From Eledone cirrhosa (Eukaryota), in the NCBI GenBank assembly GCA_964016885.1, contig OZ024741.1:233368001-233432000 (forward strand): a stretch of 64,000 nt of DNA, given 5' to 3'. The position numbers and the translations under genes were made by a program. The notes under the pieces are model-generated. The model had not been told where the DNA came from. It did not search any database and saw nothing but the letters and a program-made list of their open reading frames with translations. This document shows, piece after piece, positions 26,561 to 39,199 of the stretch; position 1 is the stretch's first letter; the number at the start of each line of letters is the position of its first letter.

Positions 26561-28346
26561 TCGCATATAACTCAAAACATACACATCCACAAATACAATA
26601 ACATCCATACCTGCACACACACACGCGCGCGTATGTGTGCATACATATCTACCTAGTTGATGTTTCAATCCCAATGAGAGAGTCTTGTGTCAGTTAGAAA
26701 CCGACTCTCTCTCTATTAGTAAAAATTAATAAAATGATAAAACTAGAATAACATACATACATACGTGTATGTGTGTATTTATATACATTTTTCACAGACG
26801 TAAACTATAAGTCTTTGGCCTTCTCAGTTTGTATTTGTAAACATGATTCTAAAGTAAAAGGGACGTTCTCTCCATCCAGCCTTTAATTCTCATTTACTTT
26901 CATGCTGAATAAGCGCGTGTTAATAATGGGACGTAACTGAGATGTCAAAGTTCAAATCCCCTTTTAGTTACCTCCCCTGAAACTCTACAAAAATATATTT
27001 TTCGACGGAAGCGTTTCGCAAATCTCTGTTTATTTTCACAATTGTCTGTGCATATATATATAGAGAGATAGATATAGATATATATTAACGTGAATTATAT
27101 TTCTGTATATTCGACTGAAACACATTCAGTAAATTACTGGAACTTATGTTATTACCGTTGAAAAACAACGTTGAATCCGTCGGTTTTTAAACTCGCGAAT
27201 CGTGAGGGAAGCAACAACCTTATACTGTAAGGTATTTTATTCAGGCCATATACCATTAATCCAGCACCTATACTGTTCCCCTATTTCTAACATCCTTAAA
27301 ATATAATTTTTGTGTCCTGCATATATTTATATTCTGTTCGTATTGAAAACAAATCCATCCGTCCTGAAAGTGTTGGTGTACTTGTCTACAAAATTGTTGT
27401 TCAGTAAATTTTACTTCGTAGCTTCCCATAATTGATTACCTACATTAATCTTCTTTAACGGATATTTAAATATATCTTAATATTTCTTTACAGTTCCATT
27501 GGGCTGCTTTTCTAGTTTGTGTTTTTTTTTTAGTTGTGGCTTTATAAATGAATGCTGTTGAGCATTTTACGAGCCAACAAGAAATCCTATCAGGTAGTTT
27601 TACCTGCTAAAAGTGACAGTGAGTTTTCGAATTACACCCTCGAAAAACGACCCTGTAGGTAGACGTGGGTACACTTTCTGTAAAAATTGAAAAAAGACTA
27701 TTTGTATAGCTTGAGTTCTTTTGATCATAGCTATGTTTGTTTAAGGCTGATCTAGGAGTAAACAACATTTGATAGTATTTCACTTTCATTCATTTAGTGT
27801 TCGTATTACTCTGGCCAGACCTCTAAAATTCAACTTCAATTTTAGCTAGTTTATATCAACAACAAACATGCTTATTGCTGTCTTCCGTTATCATTGAACA
27901 TTTCGTTCACATTTATAGCATGGACGCCACATCTTTCCATCCTCTCCCTCATAATTTTGTTATTTAATGACTCACTTGAGAAAAAAATAAACGCTTGTCT
28001 AGAAGTGTTTATGTTGGTTGGTTGAGACGTTGGATACTTTTCACACGTAATGGTTTCTTATTCCAGAATTATAATTAAAAAGATTTAAAAAAAGGAGCTA
28101 TTTTTACTACCACGTGGTTTCATTCTGCATTGTCCCGTGTCTGGCCTGAAAGCTATTCTAACAAGGGTTGATGTATATAATGTGCATATGTCTGTTTATG
28201 TGTATATGTAGTTACTTGAGTATGATTTCGTGTTGCTAAAGAATGGTCCCTTGATATGTAAACTTACATATTTCAAATTACATATATAATAAACGGCTTT
28301 AATCATACATTATGAAACTTGGGCTGTTAAAAATATACACATCTCT

Positions 28347-28440
28347 CATTCCTGAAGAAAGGCTTGAGCCCGACACGTCGAACTTTCTTTCCTCTTTTCC
28401 ATATAAAGCGCGAAACTAATAAGACTTGTTGTCTCCTTGA
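28347..28440 (+). mobile_element. Penelope-like end with a degenerate minimal hammerhead
   Basis: TTC CTGAAGA AAGGC-TTGA-GCCC GACAC GTC GAA. Downstream AAGCG..AAACTAATAA is shared with 34535-34620; ends at (TA)n. Confidence 0.5.
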
Positions 28441-28450
28441 ACTATATATA

Positions 28451-28490
<40 letters not shown>

Positions 28491-28976
28491 CGAAGCTGTG
28501 TGTCACCACGGCAAAAACTAATCATTAACTATGTATGTTTCCGTAAATATCTGAAATAGCAGTTAATTAAATAGTTTTAAAAAAAATTAAACTTGGTCTA
28601 AGGGAGGTAAGTCTGTGATATTATATAAATTTATAATCCTACACTTCCCTATCTCCCCTCTCCACTAGTTAACTTTAAACCCTTCTGATTTGAGTAAGAT
28701 GTTTTATCGTGTCCCTAACACTAGAGAGGTGGTTGTGTCCTTGACAATTGAAGTGTCCACTCAACCTTTTTAGCATGGTTTCAACAGCTCGATGCCCTTT
28801 CTATCACCAACCACTATATAAGGTGTACTGGGTGCATTTTTCGTTGCACTAGCACAATAGAAAGTATTGTGTTGTGACTGAAGGGTCCTCTCAAACATGT
28901 CTATGGTTGGAAGCTCTTCCTAATATATATGATGTGTGTTTATGTGTATGTATATATTTATATACATACATACAAT

Positions 28977-29298
28977 GGAGGCACATGGCTTAGTGGTTAG
29001 AGCATTGGGCTTGCAATCGAAAGGTTGTGAGTTCAATTCTCAGACCGGGTGATGTGTTGTTTCCTTGAGCAAGACACTTTATTTCACATTGCTCCAGTTT
29101 ACTCAGCTGTAGAAATGAGATGGCATTCCACGGCAAAGTGGTCGTGTAGGTGTCACGGCAAAAAAGCACCCAGCACTCACTGTAAATGAGGTTGGTGTTA
29201 GGAAGGGCATCCAGCTGTAGAAATCAAGCCAGAATCAGTTCCCGTCCCACCCTTGCAAGCAGGGAAAAGCGGACGTAAAATGATGATGATGATGATGA
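28977..29298 (+). mobile_element. SINE family A
   Basis: Near-identical to 4376-4724 with a short internal deletion. Confidence 0.88.
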
Positions 29299-29524
29299 TA
29301 CATGGTGCTTTATATTCTAAGTTCAAATCCTACTGAAGTAATCGACTTTTCCTTCTCAAGATTGCTGACCTTGTGACTAAATTAAAAGCAATTATTGTGG
29401 ATTGGCAGAATCATTAGAGTTTTTACACCCTGAGTTCAAACACTGCTGATGCCAAATTTTCCTTTGTCTTTTTTTACATCCAGAGTTAATAAAATAAAGT
29501 ACCAGTAATGTAGTGGGGTCATTT

Positions 29525-29765
29525 TAATCTTGGGTTGTGCAGTGCTTAGTAGAGCTAATTTCCATATGTTGTATATATATTTGTAACTCCTGGGATTTTA
29601 GTTATGTATCTCTGTGTGAGTGGGTTTTTTTTATCATTCCCAGAGCACCTATTATTATAGGGATCGTTTCTGTTTTCCTCATGAACATTTGGGTTATTTC
29701 TATCTCAAGATCTTTATATTTGGATAATTTCTCCATTTCCTTGAGAAATATATATTGTCATCTAT
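29525..29765 (-). mobile_element. R4-like LINE 3' end fragment
   Basis: The minus strand reads KLSKYKDLEIEI...TIPIIIGALGMIKK...ALLSTA, the RLE C-terminus. Confidence 0.6.
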
Positions 29766-30016
29766 GGGTATTATTACTATTATCGTTGTTATTATTGAAG
29801 AGTCCATTGAAAGATAAATGTGAATGGCAAGCACAGTGTGAGTAAAGAGGCCTGCTCTAAGCATATACATTTGAGGATTACTGGGATGAGGCACTTGCCC
29901 TCAGGATCAGGGTGGTTGTACCTTTTCCCACATGACTCCCTCCTATTGGGGAATTTTCTTTGTTATTGTTATTTAAATTTGTATATGCTAAAACACCCTG
30001 TATCATCCTGCGGCAT

Positions 30017-30049
<33 letters not shown>

Positions 30050-30320
30050 TTGGTTTATTTATTTTTTGTAAAGAAAGTAGTAGTACTAGAATGGCAGAAT
30101 CATTTGGACATTGAGTAAAAGGCTTTGTGGCACTTATTTCGGCTCTTTATGTCCTGAACTTAAATCCCACTGAAGTCAACTGTTCTTTTCATCCTTCTGA
30201 GGTTGATAAACTAAAGTACCAGTCAAATTCCAGTGTCTATATAACCGACTTACCTCTCCCATCAATTGCAGGTCTTGTGCTTAGATTAGAAATCATTATT
30301 ATTGTTATTGTTATTGTAAG

Positions 30321-30535
30321 GGCGGTGGATTGGCAGTATCGGTAGAGGGTCGGACACCATGCTTTGACGTATAGAGTTACAGCCCTTGCCATTCTGAGTT
30401 CAAATCCCGCCGAGGTTAACTTTGCCTTTCATCCTTATGGGGTCGATAAAATAAAGTACCAGTAATACACTGAGTAATTGTTGGCCTTGTGCCAAAAGTA
30501 GAAACAATTATTATTGTTATTGTTATTATTATTGT
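30321..30535 (+). mobile_element. tRNA-derived SINE family B (Nin/Deu-like core domain), representative copy
   Basis: TTGGCAGTATCGG A box, GAGTTCAAATCC B box, core CTTTGCCTTTCATCCTTACGGGGTCGATAAAATAAAGTACCAG, (ATT)n tail. Other copies at about 2368-2500(-), 14240-14352, 15760-15945, 32210-33115(-, three in tandem), 36153-36330(-), 40380-40562(-), 44941-45255 and 46880-47062. Confidence 0.82.
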
Positions 30536-30640
30536 TGTTTTTTTTATTTCCAGTAAAGTGAGACAACCTCCTTCAACCAGTAGCTGCTGCATTATCAACA
30601 GCCATTGTCCCCTCTTTCGGCTGCTGTTCTCTACCCAACG

Positions 30641-30763
30641 ATGGAACAAAAGAACGTTCTACATGCACCTTTGAAGGCTCCTCCTGCAAGGTCCCGGTTC
30701 CGCAAGTTTTACATCTACAGGGACCCTAGTGACTTCCAGTTTGTTGATCGTCATGCCATTGCT
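30641..30763 (+). CDS. Hillarin/KY-like transglutaminase-fold protein, first identifiable coding exon (MEQKNVLH...DRHAIA)
   Basis: ATG at 30641 with an upstream in-frame TAG at 30581. Acceptor tttatttccag|30554 and donor |gtgagt at 30764 (phase 0). Peptide 'IYRDPSDFQFVDRHAIA' resembles the region preceding the TGc domain in hillarin/KY-type proteins. Confidence 0.8.
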
Positions 30764-31018
30764 GTGAGTTACATTCTCTGTTTCTGCCTCTGTATATATA
30801 TATATATGTCTATCTTTCTATCTGTGTATATATTTGTCTATCTTTCTCTCTCTCTGTATATATGTCTGTCTTTCTGTCTGTGTGAACATATGTCTGTCTT
30901 TCTGTCTGTGTGTATATATGTCTATCTTTCTGTCTCTGTGTATATATGGCCGTTTTTGTGCCTCTGTATGTATATGTGTCTGTCTTTCTGTCCCTGTGTA
31001 TGTGTCTGTTATTGTGTC

Positions 31019-31053
<35 letters not shown>

Positions 31054-31130
31054 TTTGTTTAACGTCCATCTTCCACGCTAGCATGGGTTAGACGGTCAAT
31101 GTATGTATATATTTTTGTCTCTATGTATAT

Positions 31131-31397
31131 TGAAGCATGGAACAAACTACCTGCATCAGTTGTTAGCTGTCGAGACACTGCGTCCTTTAAAACCTCCATG
31201 CTTCCTGAGATTCGCCAACACTGCACCTGATGTCCCCCCTCCATACACACGCACACATGTATTTCATGACTCATACACTGTTCATTTTCCTGACATGAAC
31301 ATTATTCTATGTACTATACATGCATATTTGATGAATTGTAGTGCACCTGAGCACTGTACACAATAATTTCATTATTATTATTATTATTATTATTATT
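31131..31397 (+). mobile_element. CR1/L2 LINE short 3' end copy
   Basis: Highly similar to 35867-36110; (ATT)n tail. Confidence 0.85.
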
Positions 31398-31416
31398 TAT
31401 TTGTCTGTTTTTGTGT

Positions 31417-31453
<37 letters not shown>

Positions 31454-31715
31454 CCTGTCTTTCTGTCCATAGGTATATGTATGTCTGTCAACATGGATCT
31501 ATGTCTCTCTGTTGTCTGCATGTTTGTATGAATGTCTGTTTGCTGGAGTTGTTATTTATCTGTTTTCATATGTGTGGATGTATGCAACTTTTTCTGTATC
31601 CATAAACATATCACAGCATTCCTTACGATACTCACAAATATATCTCAGCATTCCTTACTATACTTACCCCAGCATTCCTTACTGTAATTATACTTTATTT
31701 CGATTCAAACTGCAG

Positions 31716-31804
31716 GTTGCGCAAAGGGACTTCAATACATTTGATGAACTCCTAAATGAATTAATTATCAAGCCTGGATTCAACACTGAGTTAGAGAAAG
31801 CAAG
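31716..31804 (+). CDS. Hillarin/KY-like, coding exon 2 (VAQRDFNTFDELLNELIIKPGFNTELEKAR)
   Basis: Acceptor ctgcag|, donor |gttggt; 89 nt, phase 0 to 2. 'TELEKAR' joins exon 3 to give the family motif ELEKARVIFRWMT. Confidence 0.88.
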
Positions 31805-32433
31805 GTTGGTATTTTGTTGCCTTGTCACTGTCCTGTTTCTGAACCTTCTTTCTACAGTTACTATGTTACTACAGTGGGCACCTCTCCCACAGTTACCATG
31901 TGGCAACTCAGGGATTTCTTCCCACAGTTGCCATGATACTGCACTGGCACCTCCCCTCACAGGTACAAAGAAGTGAACAGCCCTTTACAATCTGAGTTCA
32001 AATCCTGCCATGGTTAGCTTTGCCTTTCGTCCTTACAGGGGTCAATAAAATAAAGTACCAGTAATGCAATATATATGTGTATATATGTCTGATTTTATTT
32101 GATGTATCATATCTACATGTATGTATATTTGCGTATAATATCAATATGCACACTACACGTGCTAGTAGAAAACCACCCGAAGGTTGGTTTTTCTGCTAGT
32201 AATACTAATAATTGTTTCTACTTTTGGCAAAAGGCCAGCTATTATCCCAGTGCATTACTGGTGCTTTATTTTGTCGACCCGGCAAGGATGAAAGGCAAAG
32301 TTAACCTCGGCGGCATTTGAACTCAGACCATAAAGGACCGTAGCTCTATACTGCAAAGCATGGCATCAAACCCTCTACCGTTACTACCAATCCACCACCC
32401 TTGTAGTAATAATAATAATAATAATAATGGTTT

Positions 32434-32690
32434 CATTCTCCACCCCCATCTTCCTTTCCAAGTGAAACTTGAAAAATTTGATGAGGGATTGACCAAAGAG
32501 AAAAGTGTCTGTCTTCAGTCCTTTCAACCTGGTTCACCATACAACCTCTTTCACTACTGCCATCAGACAGGAAAATTGCCTACTCTTCCTGGCCAAAAGA
32601 AGGCACTTGGTCGATCTTCTATGGACTCGGCCGATAGCCGGATCCGTTCTACACGCGACAACAGCTGTTTGATATAACTCCACAAGTCAG
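32434..32690 (-). mobile_element. Tx1/L1-like fragment
   Basis: Reverse complement of 38085-38335 (GCTGAGTCCAT, GAAAGG.CTGAAGAC). Confidence 0.7.
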
Positions 32691-33339
32691 TAATGCACAG
32701 ACACTAATAATAATAACAGTAATTATAATAATTGTTTCTACTTTTTGGCACAAGGCCAGCAATTATGCCAGTGTATTACTGGTACTTTATTTTATCGACC
32801 CCGTAAGGATGAAAGGCAAAGTTAACCTCGGCGAGATTTGAACCTAGTCCGGAAAGGGACGTAACTGTGCTGCAAAGCATGGCGTCCGACCATCTACCGA
32901 TACTGCCAATAATGGTAATTATAATAATTGTTTCTACTTTAGGCACAAGGCCAGCAATTACCCAGTGCATTACTGGTACTTTATTTTATCGACCCCGTAA
33001 GGATGAAAGGCAAAGTCAACCTCGGCGGGATTTGAACTCAGATCGTAAAGGGACGTAACTATGCTGGAAAGCATGGCGTCCGACCCTCTACCGATACTGC
33101 CAATCCACCACCCTTAGTAATTATAATAATGATTTCTAATGTATGCACTAGCCCATTAATTTAGAGGAGGGGAAAGTTGATTATATTGATACAGTATTTG
33201 TCTGATACTTTATTCAATTAATCCTTGATATAGATGAAAGGAAAGTTGAACTTGGCAGTATTTTGTGGCCTTGTGCCTCAAGTAGAAACAATGATTATTA
33301 TTATTATAACACTGAAACCTTTTTCTTTTTACACCTCAG

Positions 33340-33486
33340 AGTGATCTTCCGATGGATGACAGCAAGAAATATGTACACCATCAAGTTTGGTTCTTATCAG
33401 AAAGGTAAAGGCTGTCCAGAAGAAACTTTGGAAGCATTTAAAAACAAGAAGGGGACATATGCTCGCATTTTCGAGACCATGTGTGG
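33340..33486 (+). CDS. Hillarin/KY-like, coding exon 3 (VIFRWMTARNM...KGTYARIFETMCG)
   Basis: Pyrimidine tract + cag acceptor, gtaagt donor; 147 nt, phase 2 to 2, frame matches both neighbouring exons. Confidence 0.9.
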
Positions 33487-33529
33487 GTAAGTCACATCAA
33501 TTTGGTTTATTCTCATTTTTATTGTGTAT

Positions 33530-33885
33530 AATTTAACCGGAGTTAACAGATCGGACTACAAATAACAGATTTAATGAGAGTTGCTAGATTGGGCTACAAA
33601 TAGCAGATTTAACCAGAGTTGCTAGATTGGGCAACAGATAGTAGAGTTGTCATATTACAAATTAGAGGTTTAACAAGAGTTACTAGATTGGGCTACAAAT
33701 ACCAGATAACCAGAATTGCTAGATCGGGCTACAAATAGCAGATTTAGCCAGAGTTGACAGATTGGACTACAAATACCAGAATTGCTAGATGTGGCTACAA
33801 ATAACAGATTTAACCAGTGTTACCAGATTGGGCTACAAATACCAGATTTAACCAGAGTCACCAGATTGGGCTACAAATAGTAGAT
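33530..33885. repeat. Degenerate minisatellite, about 36 bp
   Basis: CAGATTTAACCAGAGTT.CTAGATTGGGCTACAAATA repeated about ten times. Confidence 0.9.
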
Positions 33886-34149
33886 TACACTACTTTTCAT
33901 GCCTATAGGCTAATGTTTTTTTTTCATTTGGGTTACTTGGTATTTAAAAATTCTTTTGCCACCAACCACTTTACAAAGTGTACTGGGTGCATTTTATTAT
34001 GTTGCCAACACTAGAGAGGTTGGTGTGCCCTTAACTTTATATATATACTAGAATTTTTCAACATCCTGACACATATATGTGTGTGAGGTTGTGTGTATAT
34101 AGATTGTACACACAAGTGTAGTGAATGTTAGATGCTCTTCTCTGTAGTT

Positions 34150-34332
34150 TATCATCACCCTTCCCCCTCAATCATCTCTAGTGTGTGACGTCATCACCCC
34201 TTCTTCCTCAGTCATCTCTAGTGTGCGATGTCATCACCCCTTCTTCCTCAGTCATCTCTAGTGTGCGATGTCATCACCCCTTCCTTCCTCAATCATCTCT
34301 TGTTCATGACGTCATCACCCCTTCCTTCCTCA
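34150..34332. repeat. Minisatellite, about 39 bp
   Basis: GTCATCACCCCTTCTTCCTCAGTCATCTCTAGTGTGCGAT repeated four to five times. Confidence 0.9.
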
Positions 34333-34534
34333 AGTGGTTGAGGAAGGATGATTGTGATGTGTATATATATTATATATATATATATATATCATACACAAAA
34401 TGCCAGCATCAACAATTTTCTAAGAGATGAGCAACATGAATGAACCTGTTATTTTGTTCTAAAAAAAATTTATTTTTCCATTTCCGCCCTGTCTGTCTCC
34501 TCAATCTTTCTGTTTCCTCTTTAATTTCTCATTC

Positions 34535-34625
34535 TATTTTCTGATGAAGGACTAGCATCTGAAACATTTAATACTATTTTCCTACTATATTAAGCGTAAA
34601 ACTAATAATATAGTTCTTCATTGCA
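34535..34625 (+). mobile_element. Penelope-like end with a degenerate minimal hammerhead (same family as 28347)
   Basis: TATTTT CTGATGA AGGACTAGCATCT GAAAC ATT TAATA; shared downstream AAGCG..AAACTAATAA. Confidence 0.45.
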
Positions 34626-34665
34626 CTGTGTTGTTTGCTTTGTTATTTCTGTTAATCTTTTGCAT

Positions 34666-34698
<33 letters not shown>

Positions 34699-34772
34699 CA
34701 CACACACATATATATATATATGCAATGTCTCATCTGAAATACATACTAATATTGTTTCTCTCTCAATTTCAG

Positions 34773-34965
34773 GTACTCTGGATTGTACTGTGTTGTAATC
34801 ACTGGTTTGGCCAAAGGTCTAGACTACCGTCCAGGAGATGAGTTTAAGGGCACTGAATACAACCACAGCTGGAATGCAGTCAACATCGAAAACAACTGGT
34901 ACCTTGTTGACTCTCACTGGGCCACTCGTTATTTAGTCTCAGATAAAGATCAACCAGAAAACTTG
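34773..34965 (+). CDS. Hillarin/KY-like, coding exon 4, TGc core (YSGLYCVVITGLAKG...NHSWNAV...WYLVDSHWA)
   Basis: tttcag acceptor, gtaagt donor; 193 nt, phase 2 to 0. HxWNAV and WYLVDxxW are the His/Asp motifs of transglutaminase-like domains. Confidence 0.93.
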
Positions 34966-34989
34966 GTAAGTCATAGAAACAAAAGCATT

Positions 34990-36115
34990 ATCAACATTCT
35001 CAGTCGAAGAGAGGTAGTCACGGTTCTGGGACAGCATTCCTCACCATATGAGATGTCATCTGTGTACCACAGGGATCTGTTCTTGGCCCCCTTTTGTTTG
35101 TGGCATATATTAATGACATAGATGCCAACTTAAAGAATGCCACAGTACTAAAGTATGCAGATGACATCAAGCTGTGCCTTGAGATAAAAAGGAGAGATCC
35201 TGAACACTATAGATCTTGCTTGCAGTCTGACCTGGACACAATGCAACAATGGATCTCAGACTGGCAACTCAAGCTAGATGTGGACAAGTGCACCACCATG
35301 CATTTTGGGAGTAAAATCCCAGCGTCCACACACTCCCTCCACAGCACTAATATCAAGAAGTCTTCTTGTGAACGTGACCTGGGCATTACGGTCAGCAGCG
35401 ATTTGCGTTGGACGAAGCACGTTTCTAAAATTGTCAAGAGGGCTGAGGGTGTCTTAGCATCACTCAGCAAGACTTTTGTCAGCCGCTCTCCAGCTATCTA
35501 TTTAAGGCTGTACATGGCTATGGTGCTGCCACACTTAGAATTTGCATCACCAGTCTGGAACCCCTATCTTGCTCAGAACATTGATCGCCTGGAAACTGTT
35601 CAGAGACGTGCAACCAAGCGAATACCCTCCATCAGGCATCTACCATACTCTGAACGCCTTGCTTCCCTGGGCATGGATATATTGAAGCTCCGACACCTGG
35701 CAACTGACTTGGTAAACACCCACAAAATTGTTAACCATCTTGCCAACAACAACCTTGAGTACCTTTTTGATTTCCATGTGTCTAACACACGTGGACATGC
35801 CCACAAGGTCAGAAAACAGCACAGTTCCCATGACTTTCGGAAACATTTTTTCATGCTCAGAATTGCTGAAGCATGGAACAAACTACCTGCATCAGTTGTT
35901 AGCTGTCGAGACACTGCATCCTTTAAAACCTCCATGCTTCCTGAGATTCGCCAACACTACACCTAATGTTCCCCCTCCATACACATACACACATGTATAT
36001 TATGACTCATACACTATTCACTTCCCTGACATTTGTATATTTTTCTATGTACTATACATGCACCTTTGATGAGCGTAGTGCACCTGAGCACTTTACACAA
36101 TAATTTCATTATATA
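34990..36115 (+). mobile_element. CR1/L2-clade LINE 3' portion (RT ORF 35094-35966) in intron 4
   Basis: VPQGSVLGP-like, KYADDIKL, ERDLGI, LEFASPVWNP, VQRRATK, TRGH and WNKLP motifs; 3' UTR with an ATT-rich tail. Confidence 0.9.
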
Positions 36116-36451
36116 ACATTATATAAACAATATCTAGGCAACCAATCTATATTATTGTTTCTACTTTTGGCACAAGGCCACCAATTGCCCAGTGCATTAC
36201 TGGTATCTTATTTTATCGACCCCGTAAGGATGAAAGGCAAAGTTAACCTTGGCGGGATTTGAACTCAGAATGGCAAGGGCCGTAACTCTATGCGTCAATG
36301 CATGGCGTCCGTCCGACCCTCTACCGATTGGATACTCAGTAGGACTGACAACTCAAAGGTATTGTTGGTAGGTTACCAGTCTCATAGATGTGACATTATT
36401 ATCATTACTGTTCAACATCTATTTTTCATGGTTGCATGAAAAATAGATGTT

Positions 36452-36640
36452 AGTGGTTGTGTAGGTGTCACAACAAAAAGCACCCAGTACACACTACAAA
36501 GTAGTCTTGTAGGAGAAACGCCCAACCGACACTGTAAAATGGTCTTGTAGGTGTCATAACACAAATCACCTAGCCCACACTGTAAAGTTGTTGTGTAGGT
36601 GTCACAACAAAAAGCACCCAGTACACACTGTAAATGTGGA
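36452..36640 (+). repeat. Tandem amplification of the SINE/RTE 3' UTR sub-repeat, about 39 bp
   Basis: GTAGGTGTCACAACAAAAAGCACCCAGTACACACTGTAAA repeated about five times. Confidence 0.75.
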
Positions 36641-36699
36641 TGAAAGTCATTTGATGGGGCCGAGTGGCAGAGGCGGAGAATGGCAACAAAACCACAATT

Positions 36700-38690
36700 T
36701 TGTCTTTGGTGAACTGCGATGGGCATATGTTACTTGATCCCAAGAAAATGTGTACAGTTTTTCAGTTTGGGAGTAGTGACAGACCGGATTAAGTGATCGA
36801 TTTCAGTACCTACCTTGATAGCCTGCTTTGGCTCTCGGCGAGGGCGAAAAGCCAATAACAGCCGATGAAATATGGGACATAACTAGCTGGACAAGAGGCA
36901 AATCACCTGGTTCGGATAGTCTGCCCTATGAGCTTTACACAAATATGCCAAATATGTTTGGTGATATCTTAGCGGATGTCTATGCTAATTGGCAGCAAAA
37001 TGCTAGAATATCTAGTTCTGTGAACCATTGGACAGTGGTGCTGCTGAGAAAGGACCTAGACAAAGGGGACTATATAGATAATTTCAGGCCCATAACTCTG
37101 CTAAATGCAGAGTTTAAAATTTTGGCCTTGGTGTTAGTGATAAGGTTGACCCTTGTCATCAGTGATCTGGTTGGAGAGGGACAAACATGTGCCATTCCAG
37201 ATAGATCCATCTACAACAACCTCCACCTAGAGAGGATGGCTAAGAAACCTGGCACAGGTGAGGCCCTGATCAACTTAGATCAGTCGAAAGCTTTCAATAG
37301 GTTCGACCATTGGTACCTGGTGGCAGTCCTTAAAGCAACAGACTTCAGGCTTGTATTCAGAGGATGGATTGCTGCAATACGCAACAACATCCATTCAGTG
37401 GTTAGAACCATTCAACATCTTGTGCTCAGTTCACCAAGGTTGTTCTCTCTTTACTCTGTTTTATGTATTGGCTCTCGAGCCACAACTACACAAATTGGAG
37501 ATGTTGAGAGACATCCCATGCAAACTAGGATGTGGAAGATCCATGTCAGCATATGCCGATGACATCACCATAGTGGTGTCTAGCACCAAACATATTGAGT
37601 TGATCAGCACCACTCTCAAGGAATATGAAGCTATAACAGGAGCAAAAATTAATCAAGAAATATCAGTGGGCCTGCGGCTTGGCACCTAAAGAGGCAAGCT
37701 TATGCCATCCAACAACAGGGTCAGGAGACAGAGAGAGCACTTGGAAACTGGAATGTCTCACAGCCCTCTACCAATCGAGTGGTACGATTTGTGGAAACTC
37801 CATCTAGGCCTTCTATAGAGGGTTAGTGGCAGATAAAAGCAACAACATTCTTGGCATAACTCTGGGCAACAACCAAAATCAGCTAGTTACTCTTTTCAGG
37901 AGGACTTTTGGTCCAAGGCCCACAGATAATTTCTAGAAATGCCTGGCTGGCAGGGCTACCAGGGAGCTTTGCTAGTTTGAGATAAACTGTACAGGCATGG
38001 TAATACCATCAGCCAGGCCTGTCCAAAATGTGCACAGGGTGACAAAACCATCCTGCATGCACTCATCCAGTGTCCGAGCATTGCTGACTTCTGGATTTAT
38101 GTTGAACACCTGTCGTGTGTAGGATGAACCCGGCTATCAGCTGAGTCCATTATGAAAATCACCCCACTGCTTTCCTTTAGCCAGGAAGGGCAGGCTGCTT
38201 TTATCTGTCTGGTGGCTATGGTGAAAAAGGTTGTATGGTGAACACGTCTGAAAGGGCTGAAGACAAGCACTTTCTTCTTCAGCAAAGCCTGATTAATTTT
38301 TTCAGGTTTCACTTGAAGAGGAAAATCAGAGTAGGGATGGAAGTACTGCCTACCAAGCAGTTTGTTGAAAGGTGGATGTGAGAGACAAGCATGGCTCGAG
38401 TGAATGGGTCCACTCTGTATTTGCGACTGTATATTGCAGGAGGACAACTGGAACAGGGCACTTGCCCTAGAGATCAAAGTAACCATGGTTTTATGGAGGT
38501 TTTTTCCATGAGTAGCCCTCAAATGCCTCCTCCTTATTGAGGAATTCGCATTGTTAAAATGTTTTATTGTTACCTTTCTTTTTACTAGGTTTACATGCAA
38601 AACCCATACACTGACACACATACACACACTATGTTTTCGTCCTAACATTTTCTTAATGTAAACCCTTTGGTGAATAAAGAAATCATCATC
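36700..38690 (+). mobile_element. Tx1/L1-clade LINE relic in intron 4
   Basis: GKSPGSDSLPYELY, NFRPITLLNAEFKILA, DQSKAFNR and SAYADD; C-terminal CPKC..HALIQC knuckle; AATAAA at about 38672. Confidence 0.85.
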
Positions 38691-38740
38691 ATTATTATTA
38701 TCATTATTAATATTATTATTATTATTATCATTATTACTAG

Positions 38741-39199
38741 GTGTATGAATATGATGACTTCTATTTTTTGACTGACCCTGAGCAACTGATCTACAGTCAT
38801 TGGGCTCATAGACCTGAATGGCAGCTTCTTACCCACCCACTGAGCCTAACAGAGTTCCAGGAACTGCCACTAGTGAAATCCTATTTCTTCAAGTGTGGCA
38901 TGTTTTTCCAGTCTCACCAGAAAGGTGTGGTACAAACAACTGGTGGACGCCTGTCTCTGGGCGTTGGTTTCATCAAGCCAACCACTTTTAGTTACAAAGT
39001 AATTGATGCCACGACCAAGGAAGAAGTCTTCAACGGCCGCAAGATGAAGGACTATGTCCTGCAAATGACCCATGACAACCAGGTGATCACCATCTTCCGA
39101 GCACCGAGGAAAGGTTCCTACTATTTGACCATTTTCGCTCAGCTTCTCACTGGAGATGTTGGTGTGAAAAATGTCTTCACAGCATCAGCAGAATATAAG
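38741..39199 (+). CDS. Hillarin/KY-like, coding exon 5 (VYEYDDFYFLTDPEQLIYSHW...EWQLL...AEYK)
   Basis: 459 nt, phase 0 to 0, tag acceptor and gttcgt donor. The YFLTDP..LI..H.....WQLL motif is typical of KY/hillarin and is followed by a beta-rich Ig-like segment (P..GSYYLTIFA). Confidence 0.93.
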
